Source of the DNA: Fimbriosthenelais zetlandica
Taxonomy: Eukaryota
Direction of reading: 5' to 3'
Length of the DNA: 64,000 bases
Assembly (NCBI GenBank): GCA_977030845.1
Contig: OZ365112.1
Location: 15,624,001-15,688,000, forward strand
Shown: positions 40,101 through 51,500 of the stretch, one piece after another
How the letters are laid out: each line of letters starts with the position of its first letter
Numbering within the stretch: position 1 is the first letter of the stretch
The notes under the pieces: generated by a model
Databases searched by the model: none
What the model was told of the DNA's origin: nothing
What the model saw: the letters and a program-made list of their open reading frames with translations, nothing else
Program-made: the position numbers and the translations under genes

Positions 40101-41329
40101 ACTGCTCGTCGAGACCGACTCACATCGGCCAAAATCTTGTCTCCCCATCCAAACACTCGTCCGGCGACATGTGCCCCAAGCCCAGACCCCGAGAGCAAAT
40201 CGGCGGCAGCTCGGGCTCAGAAGAAGCAAAATATTTTGAAACCAAACTCCGAGACAGGAGGATAATATGAATGACCGGGCCTTTAAGTGTAGAGATCGGG
40301 ACCAGGGCTTAGTGCTTTCTGTTTGGAGTGAGTCGAGTGTCTATACCACGAACTGGTAAAGATAATGGTGAATCCCGGAGATTGACGCCAACTCCACTAT
40401 TTGCTCTCCCCACAGATTTTTATGATGGCCACAGGAGTGTCCTGCACCTCTGCAGAATCATAATTTCTCACATGGCCACTTGAGGGGAGAGTTTCAGTGG
40501 TCGCAGTGGTTGCATGGAGTTGTTTTTTTCCTGCAATAAGGAAAAGATAAACTGTTAAGTTCAGTGTTTAGTGTTTTAGAGTCATCCACGACTGTTCTTA
40601 TCAGGATGGTCGCTGGTGGAGAAGGCGGTGCAGGCAGTAACACTTGAGATCCTCCTCACTAAGCCTGTCCGTTTTAATCACGGAAAGAAAAAGTGGACGA
40701 GATCCGGCCAAAGCCTTTGATGGTGGTCTTTGTTGATTCAAATCTGTTTTTCTGGGCCAAAAGTTTGGGAACTTAAGTCTGTGGGAAATTGAGTGGATCT
40801 ATAAAGTAAACTGATGAATTGGGGGATTGAGATCAGGGTGCAACAAACCTATTGCTTCTTAATCGACGTAGATACTTGTGTGGGTAATGTCTACAGATCC
40901 CTCCAACTAAAGGTGCTATTGTCTTCAGCAGAAACTGGACCTATGATGAACCAGGACAGTTATATTGCTGTTATGGATGATATAATATACATGCATGAAT
41001 ATGAATGAGTGAATGAGTAGTTTGTCAAATAAGTACTAAATCTAATGAAATGTAATAAATAATTTTGTTATTCAGGATAATTCGTCACTACATATTGCAA
41101 TATATCGAAGAATACATCATGTTTGCATGCATTTTCTCTTGATGTTTAATAAATACCAGACATGAGACATTTCATAAGCATATCATGTAGCAAATACTTG
41201 TAAAGCAAAAAGTAGAATAGACTAAGTAGTAATGACAAGGAGAGGTGCATGGTCTTCACTCTAACCTCTAGATCCCCCATCTGTGACTGACAGTGAATTT
41301 TGATATTCCTTTTACTTCTTTCTTTGCAG

Positions 41330-41461
41330 TTCTCGCCTCTAATACAAGACACAGTGCTGAAGGGCACTTTCAATGCTACCCTCAACAACCCCATCACTCC
41401 GAGGATGGAGAACTTGGTGGGCCACGCTACCAGCAACCACCCCTTCCTCCTGGGTGTCTAA
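41330..41461 (+). CDS. STPG2: STPG2 terminal coding exon
   Basis: Strong acceptor tacttctttctttgcag|TTC in phase 0. Encodes FSPLIQDTVLKGTFNATLNNPITPRMENLVGHATSNHPFLLGV*, the LKGTFNATLNNP C-terminal motif I recognise from invertebrate STPG2. Confidence 0.93.
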   Translation, partial: FSPLIQDTVLKGTFNATLNNPITPRMENLVGHATSNHPFLLGV

Positions 41462-42169
41462 CCACCACCCTCAACTTCATCACACGCTAAAATTGGCCTT
41501 TACTTGATCTCCAGCCATTACCTAAAAAAAAATAATATATAAACATGTTTAAAGTATTTGAAAATGTCAATGAAATATACAACTATCTATGGTGTCATTT
41601 AAAGGCCAATTTTACTGTGTTGACAAACAATGAAAGAGAGTGGCAGATCACTGGTTGAAAATCAAATATACAACAATTTTATACAACTGCACCCTTTGAA
41701 AAAAGGAAAAGTGAAAACGGATATGAAATTTGCAAAGGTTTTAATGATACATGTATATAAATATTAGTGACTTCATAAAATATATATGAATGTATTATTT
41801 ATTTTAATCTTAGATCCTTTCGAAGAATTGCTTCATTCGAAGGAATTTACAAAATATTGTTTCCAGATATCTAGTCTTCGATAAAGTATCCGAACAAATA
41901 ATCTATTTCAAAGTGACCCATTTATTAGGGTAAAAAAATCCACTAGGAAAACCTTTCGAGCACTTGAGGTGAAAGCTTCGGGTCAAAATAACGATACCTG
42001 ACGGAGCAGGGATGTATTAATTCAGGTGTCAGAAACCATGTCATCAATCCATGTTTTTAAATTGTCTTTACATTTGCTTGTTATTGTGGTCAAAAGTGTT
42101 GAACTGAAACACTGTAACTTCATAGAGAGAGAATGAAGTGTGTTGTGAAAACATACTGCTAACAGGACA

Positions 42170-42201
42170 GTCTAATCACAAACACTGTCTAATCACAAAC
42201 A
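42170..42201. repeat. Short tandem duplication, 17 bp period
   Basis: gtctaatcacaaaca at 42170-42184 and 42187-42201. Confidence 0.85.
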
Positions 42202-42489
42202 GTGTAAAACAGTAATGCGAAACACTTGTACAAAGGTACAACTATTGACAATATGTTGCTTCATAGATAAGGATGGACTTTAGAAAATTGCCCGAACCAG
42301 AAATAGTATTCCATGCTCCATTCCAATACACTGTGATACAAAATAGAAGCCAATTGTCGATAGTATTTACAAGGCATATTGTTTTATACATGAGTTTATA
42401 TGTAGGTTTTATGCCTGAAATTGTTTTACATGTCTACCAAAGTATGTGTTAAGAAACCCCGTATTATGAATATAACACTTAGATTGCTG

Positions 42490-42495
42490 AATAAA
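42490..42495 (+). terminator. Candidate STPG2 polyadenylation signal (AATAAA)
   Basis: First canonical AATAAA I found downstream of the stop at 41461, implying a ~1 kb AT-rich 3'UTR. No transcript evidence. Confidence 0.35.
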
Positions 42496-42582
42496 AACTA
42501 TAATGCAGCGAATACATGTCTTAGTTGTCAGTGACAATATTCGAGGGCCAATAGTTGGGGTTGGTTTTCATTACTTGTTGGA

Positions 42583-42641
42583 CTTCAGTAGAAATTTTGG
42601 AGAGCATTTAGGCTTCGTCTTCAGTAGACATTTTGGAGAGC
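42583..42641. repeat. Short tandem duplication, 36 bp period
   Basis: cttcagtagaaattttggagagc (42583) and cttcagtagacattttggagagc (42619), one mismatch. Confidence 0.85.
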
Positions 42642-42795
42642 CTTTTGATTTTTTGAGTCACCATGGAATCACCAGGCGTATCATCTTTCAGATATGTGTA
42701 ATCTGAAATATTACTGGCGGGACGTGACCAAGGATGTAGTGGCTGGAGAGAGTGTTTAAATGGATTATTATTGTTGCTCTTCGCTTTCCTATCAG

Positions 42796-42917
42796 GGTCA
42801 TGCTCGAGCCTGGACGGTCATACATGTTTGAAGGGGGGATCATGTGCATACTGCACCCCACATGCTCAGAGAAGTGAATGTGTTTGCCCTTTTGGTCAGG
42901 CGGCTTGCAGTTGCTAA
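42796..42917 (+). CDS. Cryptic phase-1 exon encoding an 8-Cys EGF-like module ending in a stop (small secreted peptide or pseudo-exon)
   Basis: Polypyrimidine acceptor ttgctcttcgctttcctatcag|GG. Encodes xSCSSLDGHTCLKGGSCAYCTPHAQRSECVCPFGQAACSC*, with CLxGGSC and CxCPxG-x5-C in EGF spacing (C-x7-C-x5-C-x11-C-x-C-x8-C). Confidence 0.5.
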
Positions 42918-43619
42918 CGACCTGATGTATATCAAACATACAAGCATCTGACAGGCTTGGCTGAATTTTATCTCCCAAGTCTGCTTCATTTACCCTCCCA
43001 TCGTGAGTCATAGGAGCTCACGTGTGTCTGTGTGGGTGAGCTCTGAGAGAGAAAAAGAGAGGCTGGAGGGAGAGCTGCGTGGACTCATGGGCGGAAGAGA
43101 AGATTCCTGGCCAGTGATGCCACGAAATGAACGCTGAAACTTTGTGGAATGGTTCCCCATCATTTTCTGCCTGGGATTCCCTGGTATGAAGAGAATCAAG
43201 CAATGAAGGGCAAGATTTATCTAGACAATAGCAGCACCCACAAGCTTATTTAAATGTCAAATGTTAAGTGAGTCCTTCTATATAATATTACAGCCCCATG
43301 TTATTGTTTAACTTTTATTGTGTCTGCTTAACTTGATTATTGAGAGCTCCGTGAATGTGTCAATGCCTAGTTGCACATTTCTCTGATACTTTTCACATTT
43401 GATACTTGTTCACATAGTATCAAATGGAGCGTAACAAAAAGAGAGTGATTGGTTCTGAAAGTCGAAGCCATTTGGACGCCACATCAAAGGAAAGCGTCTT
43501 GACTATCATCCATGGTCGACTGTCCTGTATCTCTGACCACACACCACATTCATTTCCGTTCACTTCTGGGAACTAACCTATACTCTACGCCACATTGTAT
43601 TTATGTTGGAACTCCAAAG

Positions 43620-44404
43620 GCCTGGCATACAGGAATCTTCGATCTGCCTTTTGGAACACAAGTTGGCTTCCAATATAACTTTACCATCATATACCTCAGT
43701 GGCTAGGTTCGTCCATCTGTCGCTGGTTTGACCTTCAAAGGGTCTTCCAACAATGGCCTACATTGCCTCATTTCCACCAGATTACCTTTCAATCATTCTG
43801 GCCCTTGCCATGTTGGTCACTTCACATTGGATCAGACAATGTTTCCACTCAATTAAGAACTTGGAAAATTTGTTTATGCCCTGCGCAATAAGCTGGAAGG
43901 TATTTGTGGAATTTTGGCTTCTAAACTCGATAAAACAAAAGGTTATGTAATATTTTAACAAGCGATTCATCTTGTAATAAGCTAGAATATTATAACAACA
44001 ATATCACAGAATATTTGCGAGAGAAGTTTGAACTTGTGTCCCCCCAAAGGCATACCTCCAAAAGTAGTCCTATCTTTTATGACTCAACTCTCCATTCATT
44101 CACGGGCCCCATATGTACCGAGTCTCAAAAAGTACTATCATAAAGCAGAGAAAAAACACGTAACCTGGGGTAGTTGGAAATGAGATTTGAGCAGAATCAT
44201 GATCTTGGGGGTCAGCAGGGCGACTGTTGTCTGGCCCACTGCTGAGGCACCTCTTCTCTGGACTATGTTTGGGAGCTTACTGTCAGAGTTGCTCAGACTT
44301 GCTCGTAGTTGAAGAGCGCGGACAAGCTCCGCCAACTGGGCCTCCTGGTTAGCTGCCCAGCAGGCAGCCCTCCCTCCACTTCCAGCGGCATTCACTAAAG
44401 CCAT
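43620..44404 (-). mobile_element. Possible decayed retrovirus-style RNase H followed by integrase core
   Basis: AQLAELVRALQL (44341-44306), DSK (44284-44276), RGA, LLT (44218-44210), ILLKSHFQLPQV; then KHCLIQC (43844-43824), GRPFE (43748-43734), GKVILEANLCSKRQIE (43685-43638). Motif order is right but several spacings are short. Confidence 0.33.
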
Positions 44405-45406
44405 ACTTCACTGATCCCAAACCTGCGGGTCTCACAGGAAGCCAGGCAGAAACACTGACAAAAGAAATCCTTCCCTCCTCTCAGAGATTCTTCCACGCTT
44501 ACCAAGTGCCCGTGCTCTCCTAAAAGGTAGTGGGCTCTCATTGTCACAGATTCTGTAGATATTTTCTCCATTTTATGGATGGACACTATGAAAACTATGT
44601 AAAGAAGTTTGAGCCGGATTTAAAAATAATAATTAAGAAAGGAAACACATAAACCGTGCTTATGTATCTTTTCCAATTGGAACCGTTCGAAACAATCTTT
44701 ATGGCGACGAGGATAAGTCCAATCCGCCGCCAACACCTGACACATGTACACAGGAGAATATCAGTGACAGAAATAACCATCGTTTGTCACCTAGAGACGA
44801 TACTCATCTCTCTTCTTTGATGAAAATACAGCCTCAACCTAAATGTAAATTACGAGGTGTCCAAAAAGCAAATGAAGTACATATTTCTTGACGTGATTCT
44901 GCTTTACTAAGATGGATTCTCCCCCTGATGGTTGCTAAAAGGAACCATATAGTGAGAAGTGTATTCAGGAAATCATGCAAGGTTCCACGGCTGGTTATCT
45001 TCAAAAATAAAATTGACATAAAACTCACGTGTTGATTATTAGATTCGTGGAAACTGGAAAGCATGATTCATTAGATTTGAGCGATTCTGACAGGCCTGGC
45101 AATAAAAGAGGTAAAATGGCCTGCACTGCTATGAAGCCTTCAATTTCCTGTATACAGTTTGACCATGAACTCTGGTCTTAAGTATAAAATATTCTGCCTG
45201 TCAAATGAGTTTAAACAGGCATTTTGTTCGTACCAACAAGTACCCAACAATCTCAAGGCTAAAGTTTGGACTTGCATCCTATTCTTTTATGATTATCCTT
45301 TCTAAGAAACTCTGTATCCGTATAGGCCTACCATGGAGCGAAAGTGCTGGATTATGCTGTAAATGCTAAATACAATTGTTGTATGTGCAAGTATATGTAT
45401 GTAGGC

Positions 45407-45560
45407 TTATAGGCCTATACAGAGGACAATATAAGATGGGCAAATATAAGTCAAGTGTTCCCAATAATACCTGCAGCTCGTCTGGATCATCTTTACCATG
45501 TGCCTGGCCGTCTCAAGCCATAATGTTTTGGTATACATACAGTTCGTTATATAGTAAGAG
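45407..45560 (-). mobile_element. Decayed Gypsy integrase HHCC-region fragment
   Basis: ARHMVKMIQTSCRYYWEHLTYICPSYIVLC (45508-45419) resembles H.G..KM....RYYWP.L..D...YI..C. Confidence 0.4.
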
Positions 45561-48500
45561 ATGTGTGTTTCCCAAAGCATCTGGCTACCACTTGAACATG
45601 TTTTCTCACACCAAGGTCCTTGAAGGTAACGTGCTCTTAAAACACAGCGCTTTTTCTCTCTCATCATATGTTCAAGGAAAGTGTATAACGTATGGTTTCC
45701 ACATTTCTTTTTCCAAGGGAGTCTAACTTGAATCGATGTATTCAAGCATTAGAGCTGCCATTTGCTATTTAGGAAGTGAAGTCCACCTTGCTGCTTTATA
45801 GCATACTCTCACTTTAAATATGCAACACTATAGATCAATCTTGACAGTTTGTTTTACAAACAACTCCCTTGTTTTTCTTTCGCTTTGATTTGGCTGACAT
45901 AATTTACATTGTATGTGCCTTTACATATAAAGGGCGTGGCTGGACCCATTGCTTGTGGCATCCATGGTCATATACCTTAACGTAAAACGAACACTCATAA
46001 CTTTTTCAGCGCCTATTTCAAGGCTTCTTCTCTCGAGAAAATCTTTTTTCCTATTTTCCACTTCCTGTGGTTCAGATGCCATTTTTCTTTCCTGGTCACG
46101 CCTTTTCTCCACAGGTCACCTATAGGGGGACCTCGGGAATGTTTATGACCACTGGAGTAAAGTGCAAAAGTCAAAATGATCATCACCCCATACTGGTTAT
46201 CCTCACTTGCCGGGCTGAGGTCAAAGTCAAACTTGTTCTCGCTCTGACCTTCTATTTGACATTAGAAGATTCAGAAACGGTGTAATTTTATGGGATCTAT
46301 TTGCTGCACTGAGCATTTGAGAATTCCCATGAATGCCTACATTCTTCAGATAACATATATAAATCAAATCTTCTAACCTAATAATACTGTACTATTTCAG
46401 TGAGCAAAAATAGGAGATTTATTTATATTCAATAGTATGTAGGCCTACTTGAGTTGTATATGTTCGTTCCATTTAACCGCATTTCCATTGAATCCTTTCA
46501 ATCTTATTTTTAGTCCATTTAGAAAGAGTTCTTAAGTTTCATATAAAGAGAGCCAGCAGTTGAACTAAGTTACCAAATTCCAATATTCCCTGACCACTGG
46601 CTATTCCTAGTAGTAGTATATAACTGGGGCGTTGAAGCAGGCCACTTTAACGTAGGCCTTACGATGTATGTCGTTTCTCCTGCAGATTCCATTAAGCCAT
46701 TAATTAATAATGATAGCGTCTCAGAAAGTTATATGCCGGGGTTATATGCCACATGATTTACCGTTTGGTCATTTTACCAGAACTCTCTGTGCTTTTCGAA
46801 CATCACATCCTCAGCTATAGTCCCACAGTTTGCCCTGCTTCTAAATTACTCTTGTGTACAGTGGAAATGTTATGGGTCTTAGGTCCAGAGCACGTGTAGA
46901 GCAGGCCTATAGATTATAATATTAATGAAATGGCAGGGGTAGGTTGAGTAAACTAGTTACAACACAGATGGGGACAGGGCTCTGTGGCGCTTGAGATAAA
47001 ACACACATACTTAGTACACATGGTGAAGCCCTCACCGGGATAGAGAACTACTAGCTGCCTTCAGCCTTCCAGTCATCAATACTCTTCATTTGGACACTAA
47101 TTCTCATGTTAATTTGTTTTCACTAGAAACTCTAGAGGCATATATCTTCGTTTATTGATTTCTTGATGGATGGGTAATGAGTTACACAACTGCTTGTTAA
47201 AGCTTTATACTTGGCCCTCACAGTTGATTGTAATGAAATAAGTCTGCAGGATAATTGTTTTTCTGGGCAATGGACGTAATGTTGGAAACTGGCCAATTAA
47301 TTATCAAACCTATACCAAATTGAAATAGGTTTTCTCTAAATATGTCCGAAACTTATTATATAACTCGTCTTTGCCTGACCTATTTGAAGAAAGTTACTTT
47401 TGACTCGTTCCGAAGTGGAATAACACTTCCCTCACACTTGAACGTGCCTGTCTCAAGATTCCACTAAGAAGTCCGTACAAATCGATTTCATATAAGTGCA
47501 TTGTTTATGCACCAATTTGTCTTTGCTGTCCATTTGGCCAGATTGCACCACACTGACTTAACCATTTCCCTTATTCTTGGACGGAAAACCCTGTAATTTC
47601 CAGCTCAGCGGGGGAAAACATAGCCGAGTGGAGATACCTTTTACTGATAAGAAATCAGTGTATGATTGCGTCTTTCAAGCCCGGAGATAACGAGCGATAA
47701 GCGGCGGGCGTTGAGGGCTATTTCTCCCCGGTGGTCATTGTGGTCAACATCAGCCTTTTGATTAGCAATCCTCCGTCCCTGATTTCCTCCAGCAATCCAC
47801 CAACCTTTGGTCCACAGGCTGGGCTTTTTCCAGGGCCTGCATAGCTTCATTGCCATACGAGCAGCTCAGTGAAGCGTCTCTGAGCAGTAGGCTAATAATA
47901 GCTCTGCAGGCCGTAAGCTGTAATTTGGTGTTATATGGAGACAGTGGTTCCAGAGGCAAGCACTCTTCTCTAATCATATCAACGGGTTCGACGAACCGCT
48001 AGTTTTTTTTTTCTGGCTTTGCCTCAGAGATGTTTGTCTTTGAAACCCAAAGATTTCATTGGTGGATGATTGAAATACCAGAAACAGGAGTATATATGAA
48101 ATAAGTTTCTTATACCAAATATGATTTACCGGCCGTTGTCCTACCTTCGTGTATATCCATATACAACCCAAGCACTTCTCTCCAGAGAGAAACTATCGCT
48201 TCAGTGACATAGGTCTATGCCTACAACTAGATATATCATAAAACGGCTTTATAATGAGATACCACTTGTAATATCAAGGTAAATACTCATGTCCTTTTAT
48301 TATGCATCAGGATATAACATGCCCATCAAAAGATAAACCCAAGATAATGTTAATCTCCTCCGTTTCCTATTTCACCCCTCCTACCACATACCCCTTCACA
48401 GAACTGTTCATCCATGTCCTTCAGCCTTGATATAATTGCCATAGGATCATGCATGAAAAATGTTCTCTTATCTCTCAGAGATTACAGACGCTCCTGCTTT

Positions 48501-51500
48501 TCAATTAATTTGATAAGAAGTCGTGTGTTGATTGGGACGCTGATCTGTCTGAATCCTGCTATCTTTTATTATCTGACATGATTAATCTTTTAGAAGTGAA
48601 CATCACATAAGCCTTGATTCTATCCCCAATACATACCATGGGAAATGCATATTTAATTTTTTTACCAACATGTTATCAACCTATTTTGTCCGTCCAATTA
48701 TAATATGATTAAACTGATATTATCATATTTATATTTCCCATATGGCCCTGTAGTGACCAATATTTTGATTCAGTATCCTGATTTATCTATTGATTCATAT
48801 TTGTATCATGCAAAACAAATGGATATGAAAACATGCTTGGCTTATCTAAGGCCTAATTACTAATATAAATCATCCCTTATAATTAAGACCGTCCATTTAA
48901 GTTGGGAAACTTTCAAGCTTATCTTTCGTCAAGATCTCAATTACCATTATGATTGCATGCATGCACATACATACATGGCTTACATACCTCCATTTGAATA
49001 TGCAATTAAGAAAAGCAAAGATCCAATTAAGATAGTTCATCCCAAGGCAACCATTATTGGACAATGAATAGTGTTCAAAATAGACTGGCCATATACCATT
49101 CTGCTTATGTTATATATGTGATCAATAAGTTGCCGTTTCGTTAATCTATAAATGATTCCAGCTTATCTGGCTTTCTACAAACAATGGCTATACTGAACCG
49201 ATATATCATTCCTTAAATTTACTAGTACATGTATACATATATGTAAGGATTAGATTGTAATCTCTATGAACGTTTCTCATAATTCAACTGAGGCAAGAAC
49301 TTTACAAGTCTCTATGATATGCAAATGGTGCTAGGTACAAGCTTAATGTTCATTGTTAATCAAACAAGTCCTTGTAGTTGTCAGATATATATAGATGTGG
49401 GCTGCATGATAACTATTATCCTCTCTAAGCGGGATTTTATGTGAGTGCACTGAGGAACTAAGTAAGTGTTGAGATAATGTGTTGACCTCTAAATGACCCA
49501 CGGCCCATCAAATACGTGGGCATGGTCAGTGTCTTGACCAAGGTCCACATCCATCATATACCACCGGTCAAACCTTGGCAGCATCCCGCGTCTTGGTGCA
49601 CTTTTTATCCCATAATTTCATCATTTCTCAGTCTCTGCATGATTGGGACTGAACGTCACAAATTGATATGAGATTTTCTACTCAGTTAAAAAATATGAGA
49701 TTGTATGAAATGACACATGATAAAAATGTGAAAGAGGAAATAAGTGTTCTAAACTGATTTTCTTTTTCAACAGATCATATTTTCTTTTTCTCCAACTTAG
49801 GAAACTAAACGCATTATAATGCATTTGCATATTTTGAGAACCTTTGGTTTTAAGTAAAATATAGCGGCATAAGTGGCTTGAATAAGTAATGCCTGTAACA
49901 TATGTACCCTGTTGCACTTCTGTCCTATCCCATTGATAAATGCATATTGTCTCATAAATGCATTCAACTTCTCAAAGCCATTCATCTGCCTTGGAGAGGT
50001 ATATCGATCATGGAGCTGTCAGCAGAGCCTACCATTCCCCCCTCGTCCAGCCAGGCATGACTCCCATGGCAATATGTCCATGACCTCTGGCCATTTTGAC
50101 GGCCACCCACTAATTGCTCTCTGGCCTTTGAAACACGAGCGAGCTATTTTAATTGATGAATAAACTCCTGCCTAGATCAGTGTCCAGGGATCCTCGTATA
50201 GAATTTGAGGCATTTAAAATGTCTGATCTGCATATATTGGCCATTTAGAGTCATTACGTATGTAAACTTCGTTGTAATTTCTCGTCATTGAAACACAAAT
50301 ACAGCGGACTTGAATGGCCCCTTTCGAAAGAAATCATTCTGATTATGCATACCGCTTTTAAACCTTTCGATGCACCACAAAGCACATGTATACAAAACGT
50401 TATAGCTATTTACGAAAGATGACTGCTTGTAAAGTCCATTTACTTGAATAGATCAAACAAAACTGTAAATAATTTCACTGAGCTGCTCCAGTATAATACA
50501 GTTTTGAGTAAGACGGGTGTGAGATGGATCCTATACATGTATGAGGATCCGTGCCTCACACCGTGCTGCCTCCTCGTGGGGTTTTCTCTGAATAACTGGG
50601 CCTCATGTCTGGATGTTGTGGGTGTTGGACCACATGTCTGTATGTTCTGCTCAGAACCTCTATGAAAAACTAAAGTTTTATGCATTTAAATTGCAAGAAA
50701 ATGCACATGAGTTTTCAATACCTCAGTGAACTTAACTGCAACAGACCATCAAATAATTAGACCCTCGTCTTGAGTGGTCATCAGAGGCATTGGGTCTGAA
50801 GGGACATCCATTGGCCGTTATTAAATGTTGAATATGATATTCCATGAAGTTCTAGGAAATGTATCATGGGAAAACAGTATGTCAGAATATCTAGGGGTGG
50901 TATTATAACACCTACATATCTTACAAGGTATTATTTCATCTTACAGGTACACCTATACTCAAAAGTTACATGTGGGGGATAATGGCACCGTTGCTACATG
51001 ATAAGCTGTAAATCATTCCTGTCTTCAAGATAAAGCCTTCTCTGATAGATAACATACATAATATCATATGGGTGATGATTACTAAAAGATCATAAAGATA
51101 AACACTGTCAGTTGTGGGTCATTCTATAAGAGCATGCCACAACAACCTCTTTATATTTCTACCCACACCTTTGATACTGTTCAAGATCCAATGCAAATAT
51201 CTCACAGATAGAAGAGGATCAAAGGCTGCCTTTTATACGACTTCGAGACAAGACCTGCGCGAGAAAATTGACTTTTAATGATAAACTTTGGACTCTGGTT
51301 TAGAAAATGTGCAGGGCTCATCGCACCAATGGGCACTCATGTTACATTCCGTCGCTGCTCCGGTAAACAAGCATCCAATGGTCGGCACAGTTTTCTGGGT
51401 CGGTCCCGGAGGCACGTGGGTTTAAGACTTTTCTTGTTTAGAGTCAGAGCCAAACATGAACCTCCTATACCAAGATCCATGAGCTGAGGCTGGGGCAAAA

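Noticed and set aside
42694-42830. YYWRDVTKDV..RAWTVIHV as a Gypsy integrase reading overlapping the EGF exon
   Set aside because: Motif spacing is off and there are stops. The EGF reading with its splice acceptor has far more specific matches.
42688-43011. 107-aa minus ORF, and a minus terminal exon at ~42600-42700
   Set aside because: No recognisable domain; it overlaps the EGF exon and a local tandem duplication.
47641-47977. Overlapping minus ORFs as an Ig-like or other coding exon
   Set aside because: They need a frameshift, have no convincing splice sites, and are better explained as a GATA-rich non-coding element.
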